64,000 bases of DNA from NCBI RefSeq assembly GCF_006345805.1, contig NC_043001.1, positions 59,706,001-59,770,000 of the forward strand. The letters are read 5' to 3'. Numbering within the stretch: position 1 is the first letter of the stretch; every line of letters begins with the position of its first letter. This document shows positions 40,256-53,279 of the stretch, in pieces. This DNA comes from Octopus sinensis. Taxonomy: Eukaryota. Position numbers and translations under genes: made by a program. The notes below the pieces were generated by a model that saw only the letters and a list, made by a program, of their open reading frames with translations, searched no databases and was not told where the DNA came from.

Positions 40256-40724
40256 CAGCAACAACCAGGCACATGTGTCACAACCATATGTGCGCAACAC
40301 GGTGATCTCATATCAAGATTAAACAGTACACGAAGTTGCAGCTGAGGCCCAGTTAGAATTTTCTTCAGGTCGAGTAGACTATCACACTCAAACGGTCCTT
40401 AAATAAGGCTTGTTTAAGGTTGTTGAATGAAATACCTTTGTTTCCAGATATGAAGTATCCATTCCCCAAAGAATTGTTCTCAAAATATGGATATAAAGCA
40501 CCCCCACTACTTCTGCTCGTGATCACAGATGCGCATATCGTCAACCACTAACAAACATGCTCAACTGGTTACGGTCAAACAACTGACAAACAAGTTTGTA
40601 GTATTCAGCAGAATATTTGCTGTAGCCTATCATTTATACCAAGACAAAACAATGTACATGATAACACTTCCAGTCAGTTAAGATCAGAAGCAATGTGAAA
40701 CAGTGCCTGGTATTGCATCAGGGC
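40256..40724 (-). mobile_element. TAA-associated short non-coding repeat (copy of 47125-47665)
   Basis: Reverse-complement similarity along most of its length. Confidence 0.75.
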
Positions 40725-40799
40725 CTCGTACAACATCAAGGAAATTATTACTCCAGAGCATCGAGGTACTGATTCAGGACATTATCATCATCATCATCT

Positions 40800-40941
<142 letters not shown>

Positions 40942-43900
40942 CTAGAGTATTGTTTTTTTACTACCGAGTACAGCTCTGTGTGCCTTAGTATGCGCTATGG
41001 TTTGCTATGATGCTCTTATGGTTACTGTATTGAAAGTGTTTTACGTAGGATGTGTGCAGTGCCTAGTAGTGCTATTTTCTGTATGTTATATATACTTGTT
41101 AGTCCTGGTGTTTTTGTTATGTATTTGTCTGAATACTCTTTTATCATACCTGATATGATAGGAATTGTTCTTGTTGAAGGTTTCTCCATTTCTTTTAGAG
41201 AAACGTTGTCATCTGCTGGTATTGATACATCAATAAGGAAGCATTGTTTTCTTTCTGATCTCTGACAAATATATCTAGCCTATTGTCCTTAATTTCTGTC
41301 TGTGTGTATTGGTATATCCTATAACATGGTTGCTTTCTCATTTCCTATGACCTTTTTCTGGCGTGTGCTTATACCATCTTTTTTCTGTTGTTATTCCATA
41401 GTGTTGGCATAACTTCCAATGTATGTAGGTTCCAACTCTGTGGTGTCGGTGAATATATTCCTTCTTAGCCAGGATTGGGCATCCATTGATAATATGATTT
41501 ATTGTTTCTTGTCCATCTCCACATATTCTGCAGTTACTTGTTATGTTTCTTTCCATTATATGCCTTTGTTAATTGCAGGTGGGGAGGCGTTGGTCTTATG
41601 CTGCAATTAAAAGTCCTTCAGTTTCTGCTTTGAATCCTCAGCTTCTCAGCCATTGCTAGGAGTTTGGTTTGTCTATTTCTTTTGCGTTTAATTTAATCCA
41701 GTATTTGCCACGAAGGAGCTTTTCTTGCCATCGTTTTATCATGGTCCGTTGCTGTTCTAGTTTTAGTTTGGATTTCATCTGTTTTATAGCTTTTGTTGTG
41801 TCTTCTTCTTCTTCATAATTTTTGTTGTATGACTTCTTGTTTGTATTTGTCAGCTTTCTTAAAGACTGAAAACAACCTTTTCTTTTGTTCGTGTTTTGTG
41901 GCTATTTATATTAGTTTTCCTTGCTTCTGAAGCAGGTGTTTTTGAAGTCCTACGGTGTTTATTTTGTAATAGTTTTCCAGCTGTATAAGGCCTCTACAAC
42001 CTTCTATACCTCGTATATATACCCATTCTATGTCAGATTTTGGATGGTGCATCCTAAATACAGTCATTATTTTTCTTGATTTCCTGTCTATTTTGGATAG
42101 TTCATGTAGTGTCCAGTGGAGGATATTGTAGCTGTAACTTATAGCTGGGACGGCTAAAGTGTTAATACCTATTATCTTGTTTTTAGCATTGAGCTCTGTT
42201 TTCAGTATTAATCTAACTCGTCTAGAGTATTCCTTTTTTATTTTCTCTTTCATTTGTACGTGTTGTATCGTATCTAGATCATTGTTTCCAATATATTTGC
42301 ATGTCTGGCTTTGGTCTAATTCTCTTATTTCATTTGCTTTATCTAGTGTGATGTTGTGACTGTTAACTAGTTTTCTCTTTTCAAGACAGCTGTGTTACAT
42401 TTTACTAAGCCAAATTCCATGTTTATTGCTTTGGTAAATCCATGTAATGACTGTAGTAATGTTTCCAGCTGTTTATCATTTGTAGCGTACAGTTTTAGGT
42501 CATCCAAATATAAGAGGTGGCTACTTGTTTTGTCGTAACACATTTATCCGCATCTAGTTCTGTTTAGCATGTCAGATAGAGGTGACAGTGCCAAGCAGAA
42601 AAGGAGAGGACAGGGCGTTTCTCCCTATAATATTCCTCTTGTAATAGGGATGACTTTGCTTTTCATGAGTCCCTCTTTTGTTTGTAGCTGTAGCACCGTC
42701 TGTCATTTTTTCATAGATTGTCTTATGTATTTTATGATATTTGGTGCTACCTAGTTAATGGCTAGTGTTTATTGTTTCCATGTGTTGGGGATTATATCAA
42801 AAGGTAGTCGAATCAGGCTCTACGTAGGCCTTTTTCCTGCGGCTGTCTTCAGTTATGTCTTTATTGATCATTAGTTGATCTTTACAGCCATATGAGCCCT
42901 TGCAGCGTCTCTTCTGCTCTTCTGGAAACAGGATGTTTTCTTCCAGATGCTTGATCAATCTCTGCGATATGATTGCAGTAAAGGCTTTTTAAATTGTAGG
43001 GAGACAAGTTATTGCTCTGTAATTTGTGGGTTTGCCGTTTCAGTGGATTTGGGAATTAGGATAGTTTTGACTTTTGTGAGTCCCTGGCTCTACTAGTATG
43101 TCATTAAAATTTTCAGCCAGCTTTTTGTGTGTTCCTGTCAGATATTTTAACCAGAATTTAGGAATCTTATCGCACCCAAGTGCCTCCCAGTTGCTTAGTT
43201 TTTGCAGTGCTTGATTTGTTCAAGTGCTAAGTTCGTTCTTTTGACAGCCCTTTTCTGAGGTTGTTCTTTCACCGACTATGTTTCTCTCCCAAAATTCTCC
43301 CACTTCTTCTATTGTTGCTGCTGCATTGATGTCTATTTTTATTTTTTCTAAGTTCTTGATAGAATTTTGTGGGGCTGTAGTTGAGCTGTGTGTTTTGGTC
43401 GAAGAAACGTTGACGTTTCTCACACCGGTGGATCATTTGTACTTTGGCAAGGATACCTTGCCTTAGCTGTTCTTTTACCTCAGGTAACCCTTTTTTGTAA
43501 TGTATTTGCACATTATGTTTGTTCTCTTCTTGTTGCTTAGTAGTGTTGATTGTTTAATAGTTTCACTAAGAATTGACAGATCTTTTCTTTTCTGTTTTTT
43601 TCTGGATATTATTTATCCATAGGGTTTGTTTGGGTGGTGGTGGTACTACTGTTTGGATGGGTTTGAGGGAGTATCCAGCTTCTTTTGTGTCCACAGTGGC
43701 CGCTGCATAAATTATGTCATTTAGCTCAGTGATATTGACATTTGTTTCTGTGGCTATTAGTTCTGTGATGGCCAGGTTCATGCTATTATTGATGTTGTTT
43801 TATTATCTATTTTAATTTTTGGGAGGTACAATCGGTGGTCCATACTAAGATTTGTAGCTTTCAGTTCTTTGATTATGCTCATTTTTATAGTATCACAATC

Positions 43901-44950
43901 ATTAGATTCCCCTTTACTGTTTCCAGGTTCTAGATTTGTTTCGCCTTCCTTCCCGTTCATATGTTTGTCTGTGGTGTTCTGTTTTGGTGTTTTTTGCACA
44001 TTATTATAAATTCCTATGGTCTGGGTTGTTGTCTTTTGTTGTTTACGTTCCTTTTGTTGGAAATGTTACGTCTACCTTCGTGTTTTACAGTCTCAGTGCT
44101 TATGTTATTTGGCGTTGTTATGCGGCTACTCTGTACATTTTCTTCATGTATTTTTCCTTTTAAATGTTCTATTTCTATTTCTAATATTTTTCTTTCTTTT
44201 GAGTATATATCTTCGTATGTTAGCTAGTTTATTAGGGTTCATTGTTATATCGAAGTGTTTATTTTGGTTATTTTTTTTCCAGATTTTATAAGTATATGTT
44301 GAGGTGTTTTCGTTCTTCGGGTAGATCACTGCTGTAAAATAAGCGTGTAGGATTGAAATATTCCTCACGTGTCCATTTATGCTTTTTTGGTTTTATTTGC
44401 GGGATATGAGGAACAACGTCCGGCCCTTTATTCCGACGGTCATCATTTTCGTAGGGTACCGGTCCGTTCATTTCTGGTGTTGAATTGTTTTTCACGTGTA
44501 GTTTTTTTCGCGTAACAATCGTACATCCTGATTGATATTCTTGGGTTGAATAATACCGGTATTAATTAATTTATTTATAATTTTTCGTACATGATGTTTT
44601 GGGATAGAGATGATTTGGTGGTAATTGATCTTAATGTGTCGAGCGTGTTTATATGTGCTGTGCGAGCAGTGGAGATGATATCCAGTTAAAATACATCATT
44701 TCATTTGGAAAATAGAAATAAATTTCAATGAGTATGACTTACTCAGAATATAGTCTAACCCTTCGTCAACTGTCTTTGACTTCATGTGATGTCTTTATTC
44801 CCGATGGTTTTGAATAGATTTCGGAGCAGTGTTTTATTGCTCTCACATGTTAAATGGCCCCGGTGTCTTCCTGTTAAACGTCCCCGGTGTCTTCTGTTAA
44901 GCGTCTCCGAAGTCTTCTCTGTTAAACGTCCCCGGTGTCTTCTCTATATA
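40942..44950 (-). mobile_element. Near full-length decayed R4/Dong element
   Basis: Colinear with 21448-24700 and extending to the N-terminal KKHKWTREEY and a putative 5' UTR. TTA arrays at both ends. The 5' limit is inferred. Confidence 0.8.
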
Positions 44951-44965
44951 TTAATTAATTAATTT

Positions 44966-45028
<63 letters not shown>

Positions 45029-45254
45029 TATTATTATTATTATTATCATCATAATAATAATCATCATCATCATCATCATAAATATACAATCTCTGATAAA
45101 CCCACAACAACTAACCGTCTGGCAAGGGCACGCATGGCACATACATCACAACCATGTGTGCACAACATGGTGACCTCAGATCAAGACAAACAGCGCACAA
45201 CCTTGCAGGTGAAGCCTAATTAGAATTTTCTTGTGGTCGACTAGGCCATCCTTT

Positions 45255-46025
45255 TCAAATGGTTCTTGAAGGATGATGAAGGAAACCCTGAATTAGATGA
45301 AGAACCTGTAACCACTCTCAAGAAAATTGCAGAACGGATCAAACGGACTGCAAAAAGGATGGGCAGAAACAAATTGAGGAGCAGTGGAGTCAGAAGCCTC
45401 TGCATGGACAATATATACTTCGAAGCTGAAATGCTGATGTAGACCAAGCAACAACCCATTTATGGTTGAGAAACACAAGACTGAAAGTAGTTACTGAAAA
45501 TTTCATACTAGCGGCACAATATAGAAAGCTTGCTCACAAAAACTACCAGGCTAAATTTCTTCAGAATGGTTCTGAGCCTAAATGCAGATTCTGCGATATA
45601 TTTGATGAAAGAATAGACCTTCTCGTCTCGGAATGATCTGTGCTGACACCAAACGAATACAAAAATCGCCACGATAGGGTAGGATGGTGCTTACGTTGGA
45701 AAATACGTAAACACTACAAAATCAGCACTCCTGCTTAGTGGTGTCAACATCATCTCGAGCCAGTCGTTAAAGGTAAAAATGTCACTATTCTCTGGGATTT
45801 TCTATTCAGCACCGACAGAACGATCCAGTATAATAAACCAGACATAGTCATTAAAAACAGAGAAGGAAATACTTGTCGACTAATAGATGTAAGTGTTCCG
45901 ACTGATAAAAACATATCTGTAAACGAATTTGTCAAATTAAGTAAAGGTCAAGCACTGGAAATTGAAATGCAAAAAATGTGTCATCTGGAAGCGAGAACTG
46001 TTTCTGTTATTGTGGGTACCCTAGA
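45255..46025 (+). mobile_element. R4/Dong C-terminal fragment
   Basis: CRFCD, RHDRV, ILWDF..NKPDIVI..LIDVSVP. Confidence 0.8.
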
Positions 46026-46029
46026 TACT

Positions 46030-47040
46030 TGCAACAAGTATGGACTTGATAGAGCAAAAATTGGTACGACCACAAACCCGAAGACATCATCGAAAATAAG
46101 AATCCAAAGATCCTATGGGATTTTATGATTCAGTACGACCATGAAATAGAGAATAGGAAGCCAGAAATAGTCTTAAATGAGAAAGAAATCAAACTATACT
46201 CGATCAGATATAGCATGCCCAGCTGAGAACAAGGTATGCGATAGGGAACAAAGAAAATTCGAGAGACATGACAGGTTAGCTTCGGAAGTTAAGCAATTGT
46301 GGTCGATGAAAAAGGTAACAGTAGTACCAATAATTGTCAGAGCTCGTACATGGAAATATTTGTTTAAGCTAAACAGAAATGAAATCTTTAGTTGCGGCAC
46401 AAGACCAGAGCTTTCGCACTTGAAACAACCAAAAATACGCAATGAAAAGAAATACAAGTAGCTGCAGAATATGATGGAGTAACTGCAGAATGTAACTCAT
46501 ACTGTGTCTGGCTTTCCAGTCCAGGCGAAGATGGAATATATTCAGACATGATAGAGTTGGGGCATATATACACTGGAATATATGCCAACACTATGCAATA
46601 ACAACAGAAAAGGCTACAGAAGTGATAAAGCATATATGCCAATACACACAGATAGAGAAGTAAAGGCCAATATACCAGATATAGTTGCCAGAGATCACCA
46701 AGAAAAAAATTATTTTTAATCGATGTATCAATACCAACAGATGGCAATGTTTCCCTTAAAGAAATGGAGTAAATTTCAAAATATAGGTAACTGAAATGTA
46801 GAGTCTAAAAACAAAAACAATTAGGTATGAAAAAAAACTTGTGACAGATATACATAACAAAAACGCCAGGAATTACAAGTATATACAACATACAGAAAAT
46901 AACACTACTAGACACCGCAAAACACTTTCAATACAGTGAAAATAGGAGCACCACAAGGAACCACAGCACATATCCAGGGCACACAGAACTGCGCTCTGTA
47001 TTGCATTGACAGCACTTGATAAAAATAAAATTACTGAATA
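46030..47040 (+). mobile_element. Two further R4/Dong 3' fragments
   Basis: About 46110-46350 encodes an LWDFMIQ..QLWSMKKVTVVPIIV-like stretch. 46480-47040 resembles the 21.4-kb family and ends aaattactg-(AAT)n. Confidence 0.7.
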
Positions 47041-47046
47041 AAATTA

Positions 47047-47097
<51 letters not shown>

Positions 47098-47124
47098 TAA
47101 TAATATAATAATAATAATAATAAT

Positions 47125-47665
47125 GCCCTGATGAAGTACCAGCAGTGGCTCTCATGGCTTCTGACTTACTGATTGGAAGTGTTATCATGTACATTGTTTT
47201 GTCTTGGTATAAAAGATGGGCTACAGCAAATATTCTGCTCATACCACAGATTTGCTTGTCAGTTGTTTGACCTTACCAGTTTAGCATGTCCCTTAGTGGC
47301 TGACGATATGTGCTCTCTGATCACGAGCAGAAGTAGTGGGGGAGCATCATAGCCAGGTGTTGAGAGGGTTCTTTGGGGTTTGAATAGTTCACCTCTGGAA
47401 CATGGGTGGTTCTTTCAACATCCTTAAACAACCCGTATTCAGGGACCGTTTGAGTGGATGGGCTACTCAACCTGAAGAAAATTCTAACTGGGCCCACCTG
47501 CAAGGTCATGTGCTGTTTATCTTGATATGAGATCACCATGTCGCGCACATATGGTTGTGATGCATGTGCTGGTGTACCTTTATCAGACTGGTAGTCATGA
47601 TGGGTATATTGGGCTTCGTATTTTTACCCAGTGTCACTTTGATGGCATGAACTGCTCTCTCACTC
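47125..47665 (+). mobile_element. About 540-bp non-coding repeat flanked by (AAT)n on both sides
   Basis: Starts gccctgatgaagtacc and ends ctgctctctcactc. Other copies at 40256-40724, 45100-45250 and 49765-50078. Confidence 0.75.
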
Positions 47666-47831
47666 AATAATAATAATAATAATAATAATAATGATAATAA
47701 TAATGATAATAATAATAATAATAATAACAACAACAACAACAACAACAATGACAACAACGACGACAACAACGACAACGACAACAACGACAACAGCAACGAC
47801 GACGACAACAACAACAACAACAACAACAATC

Positions 47832-49668
47832 GTTAACTAGGAATTTTCCAAGGTGACTCACTTTCACCACTAATTTTCTGCATAGCACTAATACTACTCT
47901 CAAACGAACTGAATAGAACAGGATATGGCTACAAAATTGATAACAGGAAAATAAGCCATCTATTTTATATGGATAATTTAAAGCTATATGGCAAAAATGA
48001 TGAAGAGCTTCAAAGATTATTACATACCGTGAAAGGATTCAGTGATGATATCGGGATGGAGTTTGGCCTTGAAAAGTGTGCCAAAGCCACTTTTAAGAAA
48101 GGGAAATTGGTAAAGTCTAGTTCAATCGAATTAGATGTCGAAACAGTAATAAAGGACCTTGAGCAGGAACAAACCTATAAATACCTAGGAAAAATTAAGG
48201 CCCTGGTATCTAGCATGCAAGCATGAAAGAGAAGGTTAGGAAGGAATGTTATAGAAGAGTTCGAGCATTCGAGCAGTCCTGAATGCATATAATAAGGTGT
48301 CAGCCTCAAATTCCTTAGCAGTACCAGTTGTTCTTAATAACTTCAATGTGCTTAACTGGAATACCAGTGAAATAATGAAAATTGACAGAAAAATCCGCAA
48401 GCTACTGACTTGAATAAGATGCAACATCCAAAGGCAGACGTGGATCGCCTTTACCTTCCCAGAACTCAGGAGGTCGAGGTTTGATCCAGCTTGAACTTAC
48501 ATACACAACTACCACAATCGGACTGGTCAAATACCTTCAAGCAACCAACGATTGAATGCTAAAACTTGTTGAAAAACATGAAAGACTGAAAAGACTTCAC
48601 TCTATTCTCAAAGAGAGCAAGAAATTCGCTGCTGATCTCTTAGATACCCACCAGATTGATCAGGCTGAAGGAAATGCGCCAACTGCAGCTGCAAAGAAAA
48701 TAAAATTAATTGCAAAGAAAAAAGCATATGGAAATTTAGCTAGCAGATGGGAACAGAAACCTCTCCATGGCAAGTATATGGCCCGTAGCAACCAAGCTGA
48801 TGTTGACCAGAAACACACGCACCAATGGTTACGAAGCTCAGAGCTAAAAGCAGAGAGTGAAGGTTTCATATTAGCTGCTCAAGTCCAAAGCTTATTAACC
48901 CGGAACTACCAAGCCAATGTGATAAAAAAAATGGAGCTGACCCAAAATGCCGATTCTGTAACGATGAGATTGAAGCAATAGACCACCTAATCTCAGGGTG
49001 TAGAGTCTTAACACCTGCAGAATATAAAGCAAGACATGACAGAGTCGGCCAGTATTTACATTGGACAATATGTCGGTATTATAAAATCAAAACCGCTGAC
49101 AAATGGTATAAACACCATCCTGAAGCTAAGACTAAGGGAGAAAATGTGTCGATTCTATGGGACTTCCCCGTACAGACCGACAAGACTATAAAAGCTAATA
49201 AACCGGATATTATTATAAAAGATCGGACAAAAAAGATGTGTTTATTAATTGACATGAGTATCCCTTGCGATTACAATATAGCGGCGAAAGAATTTGACAA
49301 GATTAGTAAATAGAAATTGAAAAAATGTGGCATCTCAAGGCGACTACACTACCAGTGATTGTAGGATCTCTAGGAATGATAAAAAAAAGGTACTGAAACC
49401 TATTTGAAAATGATTCCAGGCTTACCATCCCTACAGGAAGTGCAAAAATTCGTATTAACTAGAACGGCTCATGTACTGAGAAGAGCATTATCGCTGTGAA
49501 AACAACATCCATCCATGAATTTATTTATTTATTAATTTTTAAATACATATTATATCTGTGAATTTGCGTGTGTAATCTGGGAATGCATACAATGAGCTTC
49601 TCTGCTCTATTTGTATGGAAAACACTCGGCGAGAAGCGGAAGAAAATTTGAAGAAAGAAGGAAAAAAC
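47832..49668 (+). mobile_element. 5'-truncated R4/Dong element (third subfamily)
   Basis: GIFQGDSLSPLIF, YMDNLKLYG, FGLEKC, LKAESEGFILAAQ, RHDRV, NKPDIII. Flanked by (AAC/AAT)n and (AAT)n. Confidence 0.88.
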
Positions 49669-49719
<51 letters not shown>

Positions 49720-50154
49720 TAATAATAATAATAACAATAATAATAATAATAAAAGCTCACATGCCTTTTGATTTTAACTGATTGGAAGTGTTATCATGTA
49801 CATTGTTTAGTCTTGGTATAAAAAATGGACTACACAAATATTCTGCTCAGTACCACAAATTTGCTTCTCAGGTGTTTGACCTTAACCAGTTGAGTATGTC
49901 TCTTAGTGGCTGACGATATGTGCATTTGTGATCACGAGCAGAAGTAGTAGGAGAGCATTATAGCCACGTGTCGCGAGGGATTCTTTGGAGTTTGGATTAT
50001 TCACCTCTGTAAAAATGGGTGTTTCGTTTAACAATGTACATTATAACACTTCCAATCAACTGGTACTGCATCAGGGTATTTATTATTATTATTATTATTA
50101 TGATATTATTATTATTATTATATTATTATTATTATATTATTATTATTATTATTA

Positions 50155-50222
<68 letters not shown>

Positions 50223-50408
50223 AGGATGATGACGGTGATGATATTAAAGCATCAATAACATCTCAAGGAAAATTGCTGGCATTTGTATTATTGTCACTTT
50301 TCCTCCACATAGAGGAACGACTGAGATGCATGCCATTTCTAAAAGGACAAGCATAATATTTACTAATATTTCAAAGTGGAAAACTTCCATGTTTACATAT
50401 ATATTGGT

Positions 50409-50491
<83 letters not shown>

Positions 50492-51883
50492 ATAAAGCAT
50501 ATTACTCTACCTCTGGTATTTGAGTACTCTTTTTCCACCTTGTTTCATATTTATCTGCTTACTCCGGTATATATATATATATATATTCTAACCATTGACC
50601 AATTATAGCACTTACTCCGCGTACCTATTCGTTTGCTTCACCAGTGAACTAAATCCCGCATAGAGACATCAACAACTCATATATATGACGATAACGTCAA
50701 CAAGTACATACATTTTTATAATGGATGTAGATTTTATGTTACAAAATCAGTAACAACACTAATTAATAAGGGGCCTGCTTCAAAAATAACTGCCTCGTAT
50801 TGACGAAAACTAAGGAAAAAATTCATCGGAGCCGAAATGCCTGTTGTTGATTTCAGTACACACGCATTTATCTCCCTCTTTCACTCTCTCTCTCTCACAC
50901 ACATTTGCTCTCTCTCACAAACGATTTCTCTCTTTCGGTCTCATACACACACACGCATATGTACATTTATATATCTATACATGTAGCTATACACACATAA
51001 ACATCGATATACAGACATCCACATGTATGTTTGTATGTATGTAAGTATGTATATATGTGTGTGTATTTATGTGTGTGTGTGTTTATGTGTATGTACGTGT
51101 GTCTGTGTATACATCGGTGTGTAGGTTTGTGTAGTAGGTGGTGACAGCCCTCTTAGGAAACAACCGTAGTTTTCTTAAATCAATATCTTCCAATTTGCCT
51201 TTAGCTAGAGATGTTATGTTATGACTCAGAAGGGTAGACAAGCTTTTATCGTGAAATGAAGTAACTTTGAAACAGGTGACTCATCTCGAGAAATTTAGAC
51301 AGGATTCTACAACCAGTTACTTTTACATTCGCTGTTATTTACCAATAATTCTCTCTCCCTCTCTCTCTTCCCCTCTCCCTCTCTTTCGCCAAATGTGTGT
51401 AATTTGTATGTATCCCTGCATACGCACACATACGTACGTAAGCACTCACTTACACTCACACACACTCTGCGCGCACGCACACACACACACACACACACAA
51501 CTACTCGTACATGTTTTTCTCTTTCTTACATTTATCCCAATCAATTTATTTCTGTATGAACCTTGATCTTAACATTATATAAACTTATGTATTACTTTCT
51601 TAGTAATTTCATAATATAACGTTGGGAAAATAAAAATTATACTGTTTTTAATGTATGCAAAGTAAAATTGTATTTTGTTAAAAACCAGTGAATAATGATT
51701 ATCATGTCTTAGAAATCTATTTCAGAGTACACACATGTGTGTATACACACACACACACACAAACATACATATATCAATAGAGAGAGAGAGAGAGAGAGTA
51801 AGAGGGAGGAGTGAGAGATTGAGAGATAGAGATAGATATAAAAATCAGCCATACATATGTATCCATGTTTACATATATATTAG

Positions 51884-51976
<93 letters not shown>

Positions 51977-52087
51977 TAAAAGGAAAAGGACAAAAAAAGC
52001 GAAGTCGACGAGTATCTCAAGTCATTTATAATAATTAAATTAGGGTAAGGTGAATTTAAAGTCTTACTGCTGTTTGTGAGATGTTTC

Positions 52088-52207
52088 AAGTGATAGGTTA
52101 GCATGGTCATCCACTGGGCATTCTGACATCAGAGTCAAGGTAACCTCATACTCACCTTGCCTCTGATGATGGAATACTCGAAGTATGGACATGCTAGCCT
52201 ATCACTT
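52088..52207. repeat. 120-nt inverted repeat (54-nt arms, 12-nt loop)
   Basis: aagtgataggttagcatggtcat...catcagagtcaaggt pairs with accttgcctctgatg...atggacatgctagcctatcactt. Confidence 0.8.
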
Positions 52208-52475
52208 GGGATATCCCAGAAACAGCTGTGACATTCCAAATCACCTTACTATAAATAAATTGAGATACTCATCCTGCCTTGCTTTTTGTTGAACTTTTCC
52301 TCTTATATATACCTGCTAACATGGAAGTCTAATACAGATACCTAGCTCTAACCTCAGCTGTGAACTTGGAACTTAACAATTGACCAACTATAGCACTTAG
52401 CGTACCTATTCGTTTACATCACCAGTGAACTAAATCCCAAATATTCGTTATATATATATTATATATATATATATA

Positions 52476-53029
52476 TAAACAAAGATAAATGCGATACAAT
52501 AAAATTAATTATAATCGCCGGTGTACCAGTACACGCCATATATTATACATATATCATTACATTCAAGGCGAAGAGTGTACTAGATACACAATAGCTGGAT
52601 AAATTTAGTGAGATGAGAATTAAAAACTTTTACAAACTTAACTTTTCTTATACTGCAGTTTCGCCAAATTCAGTAATAAAAATAGTATTTATTTACTCAG
52701 GCTGGCTCTTCAGTAAGATTCCTGTTAACGATGGAAAGACCATACCAATAGATCCATGTGCGTCTATCGAAATGCTCTTTCTAAACTATTCAAAACACTG
52801 CGCAGACTCCGAACAAACCCGACAAAATAGGGGATTGTGGTATATCGTCTAACGGTCAGAAATTTATCGAGAGAATATGTAAACAAAGATAAATGCGATA
52901 CAATAAAATTAATTATAATCGCCGGTGTACCAGTACACGCCATATATTATACATATATCATTACATTCAAGGCGAAGAGTGTACTAGATACACAATAGCT
53001 GGATAAATTTAGTGAGATGAGAATTAAAA
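52476..53029 (-). mobile_element. HHR-containing element with perfect 150-bp terminal direct repeats (candidate retrozyme)
   Basis: 52476-52625 is identical to 52880-53029. HHR in the spacer. (TA)n on both flanks. Confidence 0.65.
52646..52718 (-). ncRNA. Canonical type I hammerhead ribozyme
   Basis: TCTTA-CTGAAGA-GCCA...TGGC-GAA-ACTGCAGT-A-TAAGA. G10.1-C11.1 pair, palindromic stem III, GUA triplet, 5-bp stem I. Confidence 0.85.
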
Positions 53030-53047
53030 TTATATATATATATATAT

Positions 53048-53118
<71 letters not shown>

Positions 53119-53279
53119 TACAGTATGTACATATCGATATACCTATCACTGGAATTCTATGTGCGGGTGTGTATTTGTGTGACTTAAATCGCAGAGTCAG
53201 TATGTTGTCAGACTGATTTATATGTGTGTCACTTTTCGTCAAAAGAGTGAATAGAGATGAAAAGATGAAATGAAACTGT

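Noticed and set aside
50594-52443. About 65-bp direct repeat (50594-50662 / 52379-52443) as element termini
   Set aside because: Diverged, no TSD and no coding content between. Probably two copies of a small dispersed repeat.
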